The notes beneath the pieces were generated by a model. It worked only from the letters and a program-made list of their open reading frames with translations, was not told the origin of the DNA and searched no databases. This document shows, piece by piece, positions 13,921 through 25,301 of a DNA stretch of 64,000 nt. This stretch comes from an uncultured Pseudomonadota bacterium (lineage in GTDB: Bacteria > Pseudomonadota > Alphaproteobacteria > Rhizobiales > Xanthobacteraceae), in contig CAVQBI010000002.1 in assembly GCA_963710705.1 (NCBI GenBank), positions 490,894 to 554,893 of the forward strand. The letters run 5' to 3'. The translations under genes and the position numbers were made by a program. Within the stretch, counting starts at the first letter, position 1; each line of letters opens with the position of its first letter.

Positions 13921-15324
13921 TCACATATGAATCGCGCGTTTGCCCACCGCCATGGCGGCTTCCTTGACCGCTTCGGGCAACGTCGGATGCGCGTGACAGG
14001 TGCGCGCGATGTCCTCGGCGGACGCGCCGAACTCCATGGCGAGCACGGCTTCCGCGATCATGTTGCCCGCGTCGGCGCACACCATGTGCACGCCGAGCAC
14101 ACGGTCGGTCTTGGCGTCGGCGAGGATCTTGATGAAGCCGTCGGCGGTCATGTTCACCTTGGCGCGGCCGTTGGCCATCATCGGAAACTTGCCGACGTTG
14201 TAGGCAACGCCCGCGGCCTTCAGGTCCTCTTCGCTTTTGCCGACGGTGGCAATCTCCGGATAGGTATAGACCACGTTCGGGATGGCGTCGTAGTTCACGT
14301 GGCCGGCCTGCCCGACCAGGATTTCCGCCAGCGCCACGCCTTCGTCTTCCGCCTTGTGCGCCAGCATCGGCCCGACGATGACGTCGCCGATCGCCCAGAT
14401 GCCGGGCACGCTGGTGGCGTAATAATGATCGACGGCGATGCGGCCGCGCTCGTCGAGCTTGACGCCGATTTCTTTCAGCCCGAGCCCTTCGGTGTAAGGC
14501 ACGCGGCCGACGGCAACGAGCACCACGTCGGCTTCGATTGATTCGGCGGCGCCGCCTTTGGCCGGTTCGACCGTGGCTTTCAGGCGCTTGCCGGAAGTGT
14601 CGACCGCCGTCACCTTCGACGACAGCTTGAAGGTCATGCCCTGCTTCTCGAACAGGCGCTGCGCCTGGCGGCGCACTTCGTTGTCCATGCCGGGCAAAAC
14701 GCCGTCGAGGAATTCCACCACCGTCACCTGCGCGCCGAGCCGCCGCCACACCGAGCCGAGCTCGAGCCCGATCACGCCGGCGCCGACGACGAGCAGATGC
14801 TTCGGCACTTCCGGCAACACCAGCGCGCCGGTCGAGGAGACGATGCGCTTTTCGTCGATGTCGATGCCCTTGAGGCGCGCGACGTCGGAACCGGTGGCGA
14901 TGACGATCGATTTTCCATCGAGCGTCTGCGTCTTGCCGTCATTGCCTTTAACTTCGACCTTGCCGGGGGCGGCGATGCGCGCCGTGCCCTGAAAGGTGTC
15001 GACCTTGTTCTTCTTGAGCAGGAACTCGACGCCTTTGACGTTGCCGTCGACGCCCTGATCCTTGAACGCCATCATCGCCGGCAGCACCAGTTTCGGTGTG
15101 GTGATGCCGATGCCCATCTTCGAGAAATTATGTCCGGCTTCCTCGAACAGCTCGGACGCGTGCAGCAGCGCTTTCGAGGGAATACAGCCGATGTTGAGGC
15201 AGGTACCGCCGAAGGTGGCGCGCTTCTCGACGACGGCGGTCTTCAGGCCGAGCTGCGCCGCGCGAATAGCGCAGACATAGCCGCCCGGGCCGGTGCCGAT
15301 GACGATGAGGTCGTAGTTAGCCAT
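13921..15324 (-). CDS. lpdA: dihydrolipoyl dehydrogenase (E3)
   Basis: MANYDLIVIGTGPGGYVCAIRAAQLG...GGTCLNIGCIPSKALL carries the redox-active disulfide motif. The ATG at 15324 is preferred, because the extended ORF N-terminus reads into repeat P3. Confidence 0.95.
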   Translation of the reverse strand: MANYDLIVIGTGPGGYVCAIRAAQLGLKTAVVEKRATFGGTCLNIGCIPSKALLHASELFEEAGHNFSKMGIGITTPKLVLPAMMAFKDQGVDGNVKGVEFLLKKNKVDTFQGTARIAAPGKVEVKGNDGKTQTLDGKSIVIATGSDVARLKGIDIDEKRIVSSTGALVLPEVPKHLLVVGAGVIGLELGSVWRRLGAQVTVVEFLDGVLPGMDNEVRRQAQRLFEKQGMTFKLSSKVTAVDTSGKRLKATVEPAKGGAAESIEADVVLVAVGRVPYTEGLGLKEIGVKLDERGRIAVDHYYATSVPGIWAIGDVIVGPMLAHKAEDEGVALAEILVGQAGHVNYDAIPNVVYTYPEIATVGKSEEDLKAAGVAYNVGKFPMMANGRAKVNMTADGFIKILADAKTDRVLGVHMVCADAGNMIAEAVLAMEFGASAEDIARTCHAHPTLPEAVKEAAMAVGKRAIHM

Positions 15325-15342
15325 AGCAATCACCCATCCATC

Positions 15343-15430
15343 GTCATGCCCGGCCTTGTGCCGGGCATCCACGCCTTTCTTAGCTTAAAGGAAGCAAGAC
15401 GTGGATGGCCGGGACAAGGCCGGCCATGAC
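15343..15430. repeat. 88-bp palindromic intergenic element, family P3
   Basis: The arms are gtcatgcccggccttgtgccgggcatccacg (15343-15373) and cgtggatggccgggacaaggccggccatgac (15400-15430). They are inverted copies, and each arm also contains its own hairpin. Confidence 0.75.
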
Positions 15431-15438
15431 GGAGAAAC

Positions 15439-16722
15439 TTAAAGATCCAGCACCATGCGCGCCGGGTCTTCCAGGCCTTCCTTCACCCGCACCAGGAAGG
15501 TGACCGCCTCGCGGCCGTCGACGATGCGGTGATCGTAGGAGAGCGCGAGATACATCATCGGCCGCGCCTCGACCTTGCCGGCGACCACCACCGGCCGCTC
15601 CTGGATCTTGTGCATGCCGAGGATGCCGGATTGCGGCGCGTTGAGGATCGGCGTCGACATCAACGAGCCATAGACACCGCCGTTGCTGATGGTGAAGGTG
15701 CCGCCCTGCATCTCGTCGATCTTGAGCTGGCCGTCGCGCGCGCGGCGGCCGAAATCGGTGATGGTCTTTTCGATCTGCGCCAGCGACATGAAGTCGGCGT
15801 CGCGCACCACCGGCACCACCAGGCCCTTCTCGGTGCCGACGGCGACGCCGATGTGATAGTAGTTCTTGTAGACGATATCGCTGCCGTCGATCTCGGCGTT
15901 GACGGCGGGGATTTCCTTCAGCGCCTGGATGCAGGCGCGCACAAAGAAACCCATGAAGCCGAGCTTCACGCCGTGCTTCTTCTCGAACAGATCCTTGTAT
16001 TCGTTGCGTAGGGCCATGACCGCGCTCATGTCGACCTCGTTGAAGGTCGTGAGCATGGCGGCGGTGTTCTGCGCGTCCTTCAAGCGGCGCGCGATGGTCT
16101 GGCGCAGCCGCGTCATGTGCACGCGCTCTTCGCGCGCGGCGTCGTCGGGCGGAGAGGGCGCGCGCATCTGCACGCTGGCGGCGGGCGTTGAAACGGGGGT
16201 CGGCTGGGCGGCGGCGCGCTCGATCGCGGCCATCATGTCGCCTTTGCTGACCTGGCCGCGCACGCCGGTACCTTCGACCTTGCCGGCGTCGACGCCGCTT
16301 TCGGCCGCCATTTTGCGGACGGAAGGCGGCATCGGCATCGACGACGGCGCGGCCGCGGGCATTTCGCGCGGCACCGGATGCTCGGGACCCGCGCCGACCG
16401 GCTTGGTCTTGGCGGTCTTCTCGTCGGGCGCCCCAGTCGCACTGGCGGCGGGTTTGGTGGCCGTGGCCGGTTTGGCGGCAGCACCGGCGCCGTCCTTGAT
16501 CTGGCCGAGCAGCGCGCCGGGCGCGACGGTTGAGCCTTCCTTCACGGCGACGTCGGACAACACGCCGGCGGCGGGCGCTGGCACTTCCAGCGTGACCTTG
16601 TCGGTTTCCAATTCGACCAGCGGCTCGTCGACGGCGACGGCGTCGCCCGGCTGCTTGAACCATTTGCCGACGGTCGCTTCGGTGACCGATTCGCCGAGGG
16701 TGGGCACGCGGATGTCAGTCAT
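15439..16722 (-). CDS. sucB: 2-oxoglutarate dehydrogenase E2, dihydrolipoyllysine succinyltransferase
   Basis: It has an N-terminal lipoyl domain ([15 protein letters not shown]), an Ala/Pro linker, and the C-terminal catalytic motif [16 protein letters not shown]. Confidence 0.95.
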   Translation of the reverse strand: MTDIRVPTLGESVTEATVGKWFKQPGDAVAVDEPLVELETDKVTLEVPAPAAGVLSDVAVKEGSTVAPGALLGQIKDGAGAAAKPATATKPAASATGAPDEKTAKTKPVGAGPEHPVPREMPAAAPSSMPMPPSVRKMAAESGVDAGKVEGTGVRGQVSKGDMMAAIERAAAQPTPVSTPAASVQMRAPSPPDDAAREERVHMTRLRQTIARRLKDAQNTAAMLTTFNEVDMSAVMALRNEYKDLFEKKHGVKLGFMGFFVRACIQALKEIPAVNAEIDGSDIVYKNYYHIGVAVGTEKGLVVPVVRDADFMSLAQIEKTITDFGRRARDGQLKIDEMQGGTFTISNGGVYGSLMSTPILNAPQSGILGMHKIQERPVVVAGKVEARPMMYLALSYDHRIVDGREAVTFLVRVKEGLEDPARMVLDL

Positions 16723-16752
16723 GACGCAATCTGCCTTTGACGGAAAAACGAC

Positions 16753-19710
16753 TTAGCCCAACGCCTCATCGAGCAATTGCTTCAACTGCGCGAGATGCTT
16801 CGACATCTGTCCCACCGCGGCGGAGGCCGACGCCGGACGGCCGGCATAGCGCATGGTGCGATGCTTGGCGCCAATCTGGTTGAGGATCCACTGCAGGAAC
16901 ACGTCGACGAAGAACCAGGCGCCCATGTTGCGCGGTTCCTCCTGGCACCAGACCATCTCGGCCTGCTTGAAGCGCGACAGCTCGGCGACCAGCGCCTTGG
17001 TCGGGAACGGATAGAGCTGCTCGATGCGCAACAGGTAGATGTCGTTGATGCCGCGCTTCTCGCGCTCCTCGTACAGGTCGTAATAGACTTTGCCGGTGCA
17101 CATGATGACGCGGCGCATCTTGTCGTCCGGGACGAGCTTGATCTTCTCGCCCGGCATCTGTTGCGCGTCGTCCCAGAGCAGGCGATGGAACGAGGTGCCG
17201 TTGGTCAATTCGTCGAGCCGCGACACCGCGCGCTTCTGGCGCAGCAGCGATTTCGGCGTCATCAGGATGAGCGGCTTGCGGATCTCGCGCTTCAACTGGC
17301 GGCGCAGGGCGTGGAAATAGTTGGCCGGCGTGGTCAGGTTCGCAACCTGCATATTGTCTTCCGCGCACATCTGCAGGAAGCGCTCGAGACGGGCGGACGA
17401 ATGCTCCGGCCCCTGGCCCTCGTAGCCATGCGGCAGCAGGCAGACGAGGCCCGACATGCGCAGCCATTTGCGCTCGCCGGAGGAGATGAACTGGTCGAAC
17501 ACGACCTGCGCGCCGTTGGCGAAGTCGCCGAACTGCGCCTCCCACAGCGTCAGCGCATTCGGCTCGGCGGCGGAATAGCCGTATTCGAAGCCGAGCACGG
17601 CCTCTTCCGACAGCATCGAGTTGAGCACTTCGAAGCGCGCCTGGCCCTGGCCGAGATGATTGAGCGGCGTGTGGCGCTCTTCCGTTTGCTGGTCGAACAG
17701 CACCGAGTGGCGCTGCGAGAAAGTGCCGCGCTCCGAGTCCTGGCCGGACAGGCGCACCGGGTGCCCCTCTTTCAGCAGCAAGCCAAAGGCCAAAGCTTCC
17801 GCGGTCGCCCAGTCGATGCCTTCGCCGGTTTCGATCGCCTTGGCGCGATTGTCGAGGAAGCGCTGGATGGTCTTGTGCACGTTGAAGCCGGACGGCACCA
17901 CCGTGATTTTCTTGCCGAGGTCGTGCAGTAGCGCGGCGTCGACGCCGGTATTGCCGCGGCGCGGATCGTCGGCATCGCGCGCGGCCTTCATGCCCGCCCA
18001 GCGGCCGTCGAGCCAGTCGGCCTTGTTCGGCTTGTAGCCCTGCGCCGCCTCGAATTCCGCGTCGAGCCGCGCGCGCCAGTCGGCACGCATCTTTTCGACT
18101 TCACCTTCGGTGACGACGCCCTCGCCCACCAGCTTCTTGGCGTAGATTTCCTGCGTCGTCGGATGCGAGCGGATCTTCTGATACATCAGCGGCTGCGTGA
18201 ACGACGGCTCGTCGCCTTCGTTGTGGCCGAAGCGCCGGTAACAGAACATGTCGATGACCACCGGCCGCTGGAATTTCTGCCGGTATTCGGTCGCCACTTT
18301 CGCGGCGAACACCACCGCCTCCGGATCGTCGCCATTGACGTGGAAAATGAGCGCCTCGACCATCTTGGCGACGTCGGACGGATAAGGCGACGAGCGCGAA
18401 TAGCGCGGATAGGTCGTGAAGCCGATCTGGTTGTTGACGATGAAGTGGATGCTGCCGCCGACGCGATAGCCCTTCAGGTCCGACAAGCCGAAGCATTCCG
18501 CCACCACGCCCTGGCCGGCAAACGCCGCGTCGCCGTGCATCAGTAGCGGCATCACCATCGTGCGCTCTTCCGGCGTCGCGCCATGCTGATCCTGCTTGGC
18601 GCGCACTTTGCCGAGCGTCACCGGATCGACGATTTCCAGATGCGACGGGTTGGCCGTCAGCGACAAGTGCACCTTGTTATTGTCGAACTCGCGGTCGGAC
18701 GACGCGCCTAAGTGATATTTTACGTCGCCGGAGCCTTCGATTTCGTCCGGCGTGGCCGAGCCGCCCTTGAATTCGTGGAACAGCGCGCGGTGCGGCTTGC
18801 CCATCACCTGCGTGAGCACGTTCAAGCGGCCGCGATGCGGCATGCCGATGCAGATTTCGCGCACGCCGAGATTGCCGCCGCGCTTGATGATCTGCTCGAG
18901 CGCGGGGATCAATGACTCGCCACCGTCGAGGCCGAAGCGCTTGGTGCCGGTGTATTTGACGTCGAGGAATTTCTCGAAGCCTTCCGCTTCGATGAGCTTG
19001 TTGAGGATGGCGCGCTTGCCCTCGCGCGTGAACTGGATCTCCTTGTCGCGGCCTTCGATGCGCTCCTGGATCCAGGACTTTTGCGCGGCGTTCGAGATGT
19101 GCATGAACTCGATGCCGAGCGTCTGGCAGTAGGTGCGTCGCAGGATGGCGACAATCTCGCGCATCGACGCGAATTCGAGGCCGAGCACCATGTCGAGGAA
19201 GATGCGGCGGTCCACGTCGGCTTCGGAAAAGCCGTAGGACTTCGGGTCGAGCTCTTCTTCGTTCGGCTCCTGCTGAATACCGAGCGGATCGAGCTTGGCG
19301 TGGAAATGACCGCGCATGCGGTAGGCGCGGATCAGCATCAGCGCGTGGATGGAATCGCGCGTCGCCTGCATGACGTCGGCGGACGTCAGCTCGACGCCTT
19401 TGGCCTGCGCCTTCGCGGCGATTTTTTCGCCGAGCTTCTTCTCGGTCTCGGCCCACTGCCCATCGAGGGCCGACACCAGATCGCCGTCCGGCCGCAATGG
19501 CCAGTTTGGTTTTTTCCAGGAGGCGCCCTGCGCACTCTTGGCGACGTCGGCGGGCGTGTCCTTCAGCGCCTGGAAGAATTCACGCCATTCGGCATCGACC
19601 GCGGCCGGGTCTTTCTCGAAGCGGGCGTAGAGGTTTTCGATGTAGGCGGCGTTGCCGCCATAGAGGAAGGAAGTACGGGCAAATACGGCGTTGGCGTCCT
19701 GGCGGGACAT
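16753..19710 (-). CDS. sucA: 2-oxoglutarate dehydrogenase E1 component
   Basis: The 985-aa ORF begins SFLYGGNAAYIENLYARF... and lies between sucD and sucB. Confidence 0.97.
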   Translation of the reverse strand: MSRQDANAVFARTSFLYGGNAAYIENLYARFEKDPAAVDAEWREFFQALKDTPADVAKSAQGASWKKPNWPLRPDGDLVSALDGQWAETEKKLGEKIAAKAQAKGVELTSADVMQATRDSIHALMLIRAYRMRGHFHAKLDPLGIQQEPNEEELDPKSYGFSEADVDRRIFLDMVLGLEFASMREIVAILRRTYCQTLGIEFMHISNAAQKSWIQERIEGRDKEIQFTREGKRAILNKLIEAEGFEKFLDVKYTGTKRFGLDGGESLIPALEQIIKRGGNLGVREICIGMPHRGRLNVLTQVMGKPHRALFHEFKGGSATPDEIEGSGDVKYHLGASSDREFDNNKVHLSLTANPSHLEIVDPVTLGKVRAKQDQHGATPEERTMVMPLLMHGDAAFAGQGVVAECFGLSDLKGYRVGGSIHFIVNNQIGFTTYPRYSRSSPYPSDVAKMVEALIFHVNGDDPEAVVFAAKVATEYRQKFQRPVVIDMFCYRRFGHNEGDEPSFTQPLMYQKIRSHPTTQEIYAKKLVGEGVVTEGEVEKMRADWRARLDAEFEAAQGYKPNKADWLDGRWAGMKAARDADDPRRGNTGVDAALLHDLGKKITVVPSGFNVHKTIQRFLDNRAKAIETGEGIDWATAEALAFGLLLKEGHPVRLSGQDSERGTFSQRHSVLFDQQTEERHTPLNHLGQGQARFEVLNSMLSEEAVLGFEYGYSAAEPNALTLWEAQFGDFANGAQVVFDQFISSGERKWLRMSGLVCLLPHGYEGQGPEHSSARLERFLQMCAEDNMQVANLTTPANYFHALRRQLKREIRKPLILMTPKSLLRQKRAVSRLDELTNGTSFHRLLWDDAQQMPGEKIKLVPDDKMRRVIMCTGKVYYDLYEEREKRGINDIYLLRIEQLYPFPTKALVAELSRFKQAEMVWCQEEPRNMGAWFFVDVFLQWILNQIGAKHRTMRYAGRPASASAAVGQMSKHLAQLKQLLDEALG

Positions 19711-19842
19711 GGGTCTCGATCCTTGCGGGGCCGAAAGCCCCGCGGCTGCGGTGGCGGGCCCAAATAGCCCGCTATCGCCCGGCGATTGCTGTTTTAACTC
19801 TATTTATGACGCCTGTAAGTCTACGGAAGGCCTAGCACTGAA

Positions 19843-20727
19843 TCAGGATTTCAGCACTTCTACCAGGGTCTTCCCGATTCGCGCCGGCGACGGTGATACC
19901 CGAATTCCGGCCGATTCCATTGCCGCAATTTTGGACTCAGCGTCGCCCTTGCCGCCGGAAATGATCGCGCCGGCATGGCCCATGCGGCGGCCCGGGGGCG
20001 CGGTGCGGCCGGCGATGAAGCCGACCATCGGCTTCTTGCGGCCGCGCTTGGCCTCGTCTTTGAGGAATTGAGCCGCATCTTCCTCGGCCGAACCGCCGAT
20101 TTCGCCGATCATCACGATCGACTTGGTGGCGGCGTCGGCCAGGAACATCTCCAGCATGTCGATGAATTCGGTGCCCTTGACGGGATCGCCGCCGATGCCG
20201 ACGGCGGTGGTCTGGCCGAGGCCTTCGCGCGAGGTCTGGAACACCGCCTCGTAGGTCAAGGTGCCCGAGCGCGAAACGATGCCGACGGAGCCGGGCTTGA
20301 AGATGTTGCCCGGCATGATGCCGATCTTGCACTCGCCCGCCGTCATCACGCCCGGGCAATTTGGCCCGATCAGCCGCGACTTCGAACCGGAGAGCGAGCG
20401 CTTCACCTTCACCATGTGGCTCACCGGAATGCCTTCGGTGATGCAGACGATGAGCGGGATCTCGGCTTCGATCGCTTCGGCAATGGCGTCGGCGGCGCCC
20501 GCCGGCGGCACGTAGATCACGCTCGCGGCCGCGCCGGTTTTGTCCTTCGCCTCCTGCACAGTGTCGAACACCGGCAGATTGAGATGGCTGGTGCCGCCTT
20601 TGCCCGGTGAAGTGCCACCGACCATCTTGGTGCCGTAGTCGAGCGCAGCTTGCGAATGGAAGGTGCCGTTCTTGCCGGTGAAGCCCTGGCAGATGACCTT
20701 GGTGTTCTTATCGATGAGGATGGACAT
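19843..20727 (-). CDS. sucD: succinyl-CoA synthetase alpha subunit
   Basis: [25 protein letters not shown]...[12 protein letters not shown] includes the phosphohistidine loop. Confidence 0.97.
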   Translation of the reverse strand: MSILIDKNTKVICQGFTGKNGTFHSQAALDYGTKMVGGTSPGKGGTSHLNLPVFDTVQEAKDKTGAAASVIYVPPAGAADAIAEAIEAEIPLIVCITEGIPVSHMVKVKRSLSGSKSRLIGPNCPGVMTAGECKIGIMPGNIFKPGSVGIVSRSGTLTYEAVFQTSREGLGQTTAVGIGGDPVKGTEFIDMLEMFLADAATKSIVMIGEIGGSAEEDAAQFLKDEAKRGRKKPMVGFIAGRTAPPGRRMGHAGAIISGGKGDAESKIAAMESAGIRVSPSPARIGKTLVEVLKS

Positions 20728-21896
20728 CAGGCAGCCTTCTTGACAGCGGCGACGATCTTCTGCGCGGCGTCATCGAGGTCGTCGCCCGAGGTGACGTTGA
20801 GACCCGACTCTTTGATGATCTTCTTGCCGAGGTCGACATTGGTGCCTTCGAGGCGAACGACCAGCGGCACTTTCAGGCCGACCTCCTTCACCGCCGCTAC
20901 CACACCCTCGGCAATCACGTCGCACTTCATGATACCGCCGAAGATGTTGACCAGAATGCCCTTCACGTTCGGATCGGAGGTGATGATCTTGAACGCCGCC
21001 GTCACCTTCTCTTTGGTCGCGCTGCCGCCGACGTCGAGAAAGTTGGCCGGTTCCATGCCATAGAGCTTGATGATGTCCATGCTGGCCATGGCAAGGCCTG
21101 CGCCGTTGACCATGCAGCCGATGGCGCCGTCGAGCGCGATGTAATTGAGATCGTACTTCGAGGCTTCGATTTCCTTCGGGTCTTCCTCGGTCTCGTCGCG
21201 CAGCGCTGCGATCTTGGGGTGCAGGAACAGCGCGTTGTTGTCGAAATCCACCTTGGCGTCGAGACAGATGAGCTTCTTATCCTTGGTCACGACCAGCGGG
21301 TTGATCTCGAGCAGCGCCATGTCGGTCTCAACGAAGGCGCGGTAGAGATTGCTCAGCAGCGGGCCCATCTGCTTTTGCAGATCCGCGTCGAGGTTGAGCG
21401 CCTTCGACAGGCGGCGCACGTGATGCGGACAGATATTGGAGACCGGGTCGACCGTGATGGTCGCGATCTTTTCCGGCGTGTCGTGCGCGACCTTTTCAAT
21501 CTCCATGCCGCCTTCGGTCGAGGCGACGATGGCGACGCGCGAGCTTTCGCGGTCGACCAACATCGACAGGTAAAGCTCGCGGTCGATGGCCGAGCCTTCC
21601 TCGATATAGAGGCGGTTGACCTTCTTGCCGTGCGGGCCGGTCTGATGCGTGACCAGTGTCGAGCCGAGAATGCGGGCCGATTCTTTCTTCACTTCGTCGA
21701 TCGATTTGACGACCTTGACGCCGCCGGCCTTGCCGCGGCCACCGGCGTGGATCTGCGCCTTTACCACCCAGACCGGGCCGCCGAGCTTCTGCGCGCCGGC
21801 CACCGCCTCATCGACGGAAAACGCCGGCTCGCCGCGCGGCACCGGTACGCCGAATTCGCGTAGCACCGCTTTGGCCTGATACTCGTGGATGTTCAT
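20727..21896 (-). CDS. sucC: succinyl-CoA synthetase beta subunit
   Basis: [22 protein letters not shown]...[18 protein letters not shown] is the ATP-grasp signature. Its stop overlaps the sucD start by 1 nt. Confidence 0.97.
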   Translation of the reverse strand: MNIHEYQAKAVLREFGVPVPRGEPAFSVDEAVAGAQKLGGPVWVVKAQIHAGGRGKAGGVKVVKSIDEVKKESARILGSTLVTHQTGPHGKKVNRLYIEEGSAIDRELYLSMLVDRESSRVAIVASTEGGMEIEKVAHDTPEKIATITVDPVSNICPHHVRRLSKALNLDADLQKQMGPLLSNLYRAFVETDMALLEINPLVVTKDKKLICLDAKVDFDNNALFLHPKIAALRDETEEDPKEIEASKYDLNYIALDGAIGCMVNGAGLAMASMDIIKLYGMEPANFLDVGGSATKEKVTAAFKIITSDPNVKGILVNIFGGIMKCDVIAEGVVAAVKEVGLKVPLVVRLEGTNVDLGKKIIKESGLNVTSGDDLDDAAQKIVAAVKKAA

Positions 21897-21925
21897 TCAA
21901 ATACTCCCGGCGGGGATTGGGCGGC

Positions 21926-22999
<1,074 letters not shown>

Positions 23000-23049
23000 T
23001 TATACCAGCATCCTCGGGACCGGGAGTCCAGAGAGTTTAGGCGCAATGT

Positions 23050-23145
23050 GCTCCTCCCCCGCTCACCCCCGCGAAAGCGGGGGGGTCCAGCGCATTTTGC
23101 AAAAGCATCTCTGGATTCCCGCTTACGCGGGAATGAGCGGAATGG
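23050..23145. repeat. paired REP-like hairpin element, family P2, copy A
   Basis: The element reads ccgctcacccccgcgaaagcgggggggtccag, then 20 nt, then ctggattcccgcttacgcgggaatgagcgg. The two hairpin units are inverted relative to each other. It lies between the zapE stop and the mdh start. Confidence 0.85.
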
Positions 23146-23155
23146 GCGTGATGCC

Positions 23156-24337
23156 TCACGTCTCCACGATCTTGCCGGTCTCGATGCCGGGGCCGGTGCG
23201 CGGGCCGTGCGGCAGACCAAGATAAGATTGCGACCGCATCTCGATCAGGCGCGAGGCGGTGCGCTTGAATTCGAGCATTTCGAAGCCTTGCTCGCCGGTG
23301 TAGAGCGCGTCCGGCTGCGCCGCGGCCGACCCGAGCAGCTTCACCGAATGATCGTAGAGCGTGTCGATCAGGATGATGAAGCGCTTGGCCTCGTTGCGAT
23401 GCGCGTAATCCATCACCGGAATGCCGTCGACAATCAGCGTATGGAATTCGCGCGCGATCTTCAGGTAATCGGTGGCGGCGAGCGGCTGCGCGCAAAGATC
23501 CGCGAACGAAAAACGCGCCACGCCCATGGCCGCTTGCGGCACGCGCACGGCATGGCCCTTCACCATCAGCTCATGCGGCGTGCCGGCATGGCCGCCGGCC
23601 AGCCGCCGCCAGGCCTCGTCGAGCGCCTTTTTGGCGCGGGCGTCCGGCGGCACGTACCAGACCGGCATGCCGGTCAGCTTCTCCAGCCGGAAGTCGGCGC
23701 GCGCGTCCAGCCGCACCACCTCGCAGTGTTTTTCCAGCAGCGCGAGGAAGGGCAAAAACAGCGCGCGGTTCAGCCCGTCTTTGTAAAGGTCGTGCGGCGG
23801 CAGGTTGGAGGTCGCCACCATGACCACGCCGAGCTCGAACAGCCGCGTGAACAGGCGGGCGAGAATCATGGCGTCGGCAATGTCGGTGACGTGAAATTCA
23901 TCGAAGCAGAGCAGCCAGCTTTCCTCGGCGATGGCCGCGGCGGCGCGGCGGATCGGATCCTCGCCCTCGCCGTTCTTGGTCTCATTCTTGGTCTCTTGGC
24001 GATAGACGTGCACGCGCTCGTGCACATCGGCCGTGAATTCGTGAAAATGCGCGCGGCGCTTGCGCTGCACCGGGCTGGTGGCAAAGAACAGGTCCATCAG
24101 CATGGTCTTGCCGCGGCCGACCTCGCCGAAAATGTAGAGGCCGTTGAGCGGAGCCTCCGGCGTCTGGCGGCGGCCGAACAGCCAGCCGAGCGAAGAGGAC
24201 TTCTGCGCCAGCCGGAAGCGGTCGAGCCGCAGCGCCAGATCGGTCAGGTGCTTGGCGAGCAGCGCCTGGCCGGGATCGGCTTCGATCTCTCCGGCGGCAA
24301 CGAACGCCGCGTAGCGCGTTGAGAAGATTTCCGACAT
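23156..24337 (-). CDS. zapE: AFG1-like ATPase / cell division factor ZapE
   Basis: The 393-aa ORF has Walker A GEVGRGKTMLMD and ...LLCFDEFHVTDIADAMIL..., matching the AFG1/ZapE family. Confidence 0.9.
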   Translation of the reverse strand: MSEIFSTRYAAFVAAGEIEADPGQALLAKHLTDLALRLDRFRLAQKSSSLGWLFGRRQTPEAPLNGLYIFGEVGRGKTMLMDLFFATSPVQRKRRAHFHEFTADVHERVHVYRQETKNETKNGEGEDPIRRAAAAIAEESWLLCFDEFHVTDIADAMILARLFTRLFELGVVMVATSNLPPHDLYKDGLNRALFLPFLALLEKHCEVVRLDARADFRLEKLTGMPVWYVPPDARAKKALDEAWRRLAGGHAGTPHELMVKGHAVRVPQAAMGVARFSFADLCAQPLAATDYLKIAREFHTLIVDGIPVMDYAHRNEAKRFIILIDTLYDHSVKLLGSAAAQPDALYTGEQGFEMLEFKRTASRLIEMRSQSYLGLPHGPRTGPGIETGKIVET

Positions 24338-24634
24338 TGGGGACTAGAGGGGGACTGGCTGGTCGGCGGTAGGTCAGTAGAGCCGCTGCGGCAGACCTAG
24401 GGGCATATCCGCCGCCTGTAAATCAGCCGTCCGGACCGGTTAATTTATGCTGCGCAAAAAATATGCGGTAAGTTCCTGTTAGTTATGCATTTTTCGCTGA
24501 TGAGCGTCCCGTTTTACCACCGCACCGTCGCTATTTTGCTGCAATGCACCATATAGAGTGCCAGAGGCGATTCGCGAGAAACCGCCAAAGGGAAACGCAG
24601 CCAAGCGGGCGTGACAATGCCGAGGAGACTGGAC

Positions 24635-25210
24635 ATGCAAGACCATCTGCCCGAGGGCGGCGCCGTCCGCAAATTATGGGTGGGCGAGACCGACGCCTAT
24701 CGCGACCATCTGCTGCGCCTCGATCCCGAGAGCCGCGCCCGGCGTTTTTCCGGCGGCGTATCAGACGAGTTCATCGCCCGCCACGCGGCGAGCATTGGTG
24801 ATGTGGGCGTCGTGGTGCACGGCTTTTTCGTCGACGGCACCTTACATGGCGCCGCCGAGCTACGCCCCTATGGCACGGCCTTCGCGCGCGAAGGCGAGGC
24901 CGCCTTCAGCATCGAGCAGCCCTGGCAGAGCCAGGGCATCGGCAGCGTACTGCTGGAGCGCACCCTGCTGTCGGCGCGCAACCGCGGCATCAAGTCGCTG
25001 CACATGCACTGCCTCGCCTCCAACAAGCGCATGCAGCAGCTCGCGCGCAAGTTCGAGGCCGACCTGCACTTCGATTTCGGCAGCGTGGTCGGCGAGGTCG
25101 ATCCGCCGCGCTCGACCGTTTTGTCGCTGATGCGCGAGGCGATGGCCGACGCGCACGGCGTCACCAGCTCGATCCTCGAAGCGCAGTCGCGGCTGCTCGG
25201 AGCGGCTTAG
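24635..25210 (+). CDS. GNAT-family N-acetyltransferase
   Basis: QGIGSVLLERTLLSARNRGIKSLHMHCLASNKRMQQLARKF is an acetyl-CoA binding motif. The ATG at 24635 follows GAGGAG by 7 nt. The track start GTG 24611 is also possible. Confidence 0.75.
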   Translation: MQDHLPEGGAVRKLWVGETDAYRDHLLRLDPESRARRFSGGVSDEFIARHAASIGDVGVVVHGFFVDGTLHGAAELRPYGTAFAREGEAAFSIEQPWQSQGIGSVLLERTLLSARNRGIKSLHMHCLASNKRMQQLARKFEADLHFDFGSVVGEVDPPRSTVLSLMREAMADAHGVTSSILEAQSRLLGAA

Positions 25211-25296
25211 CTCTCTCCCGCTCGTCGCCGCGAAAGCGGAGACCCAGTATTCTTGCGAAGAACTGGATTCCCGCTTACGCGGGAATGAGCGGAATT
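25211..25296. repeat. paired REP-like hairpin element, family P2, copy B
   Basis: The element reads ccgctcgtcgccgcgaaagcggagacccag, then 15 nt, then ctggattcccgcttacgcgggaatgagcgg. It lies between the convergent GNAT and thpR genes. Confidence 0.85.
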
Positions 25297-25301
25297 GCGG
25301 C

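Noticed and set aside
24338-24634. The AT-rich 297-bp divergent spacer between zapE and the GNAT gene contains tiny ORFs (10 and 23 codons).
   Set aside because: None has an RBS, and there is no hairpin/terminator or recognisable regulator motif (no TTAA-N7-TTAA CtrA box). It is most simply a divergent promoter region.
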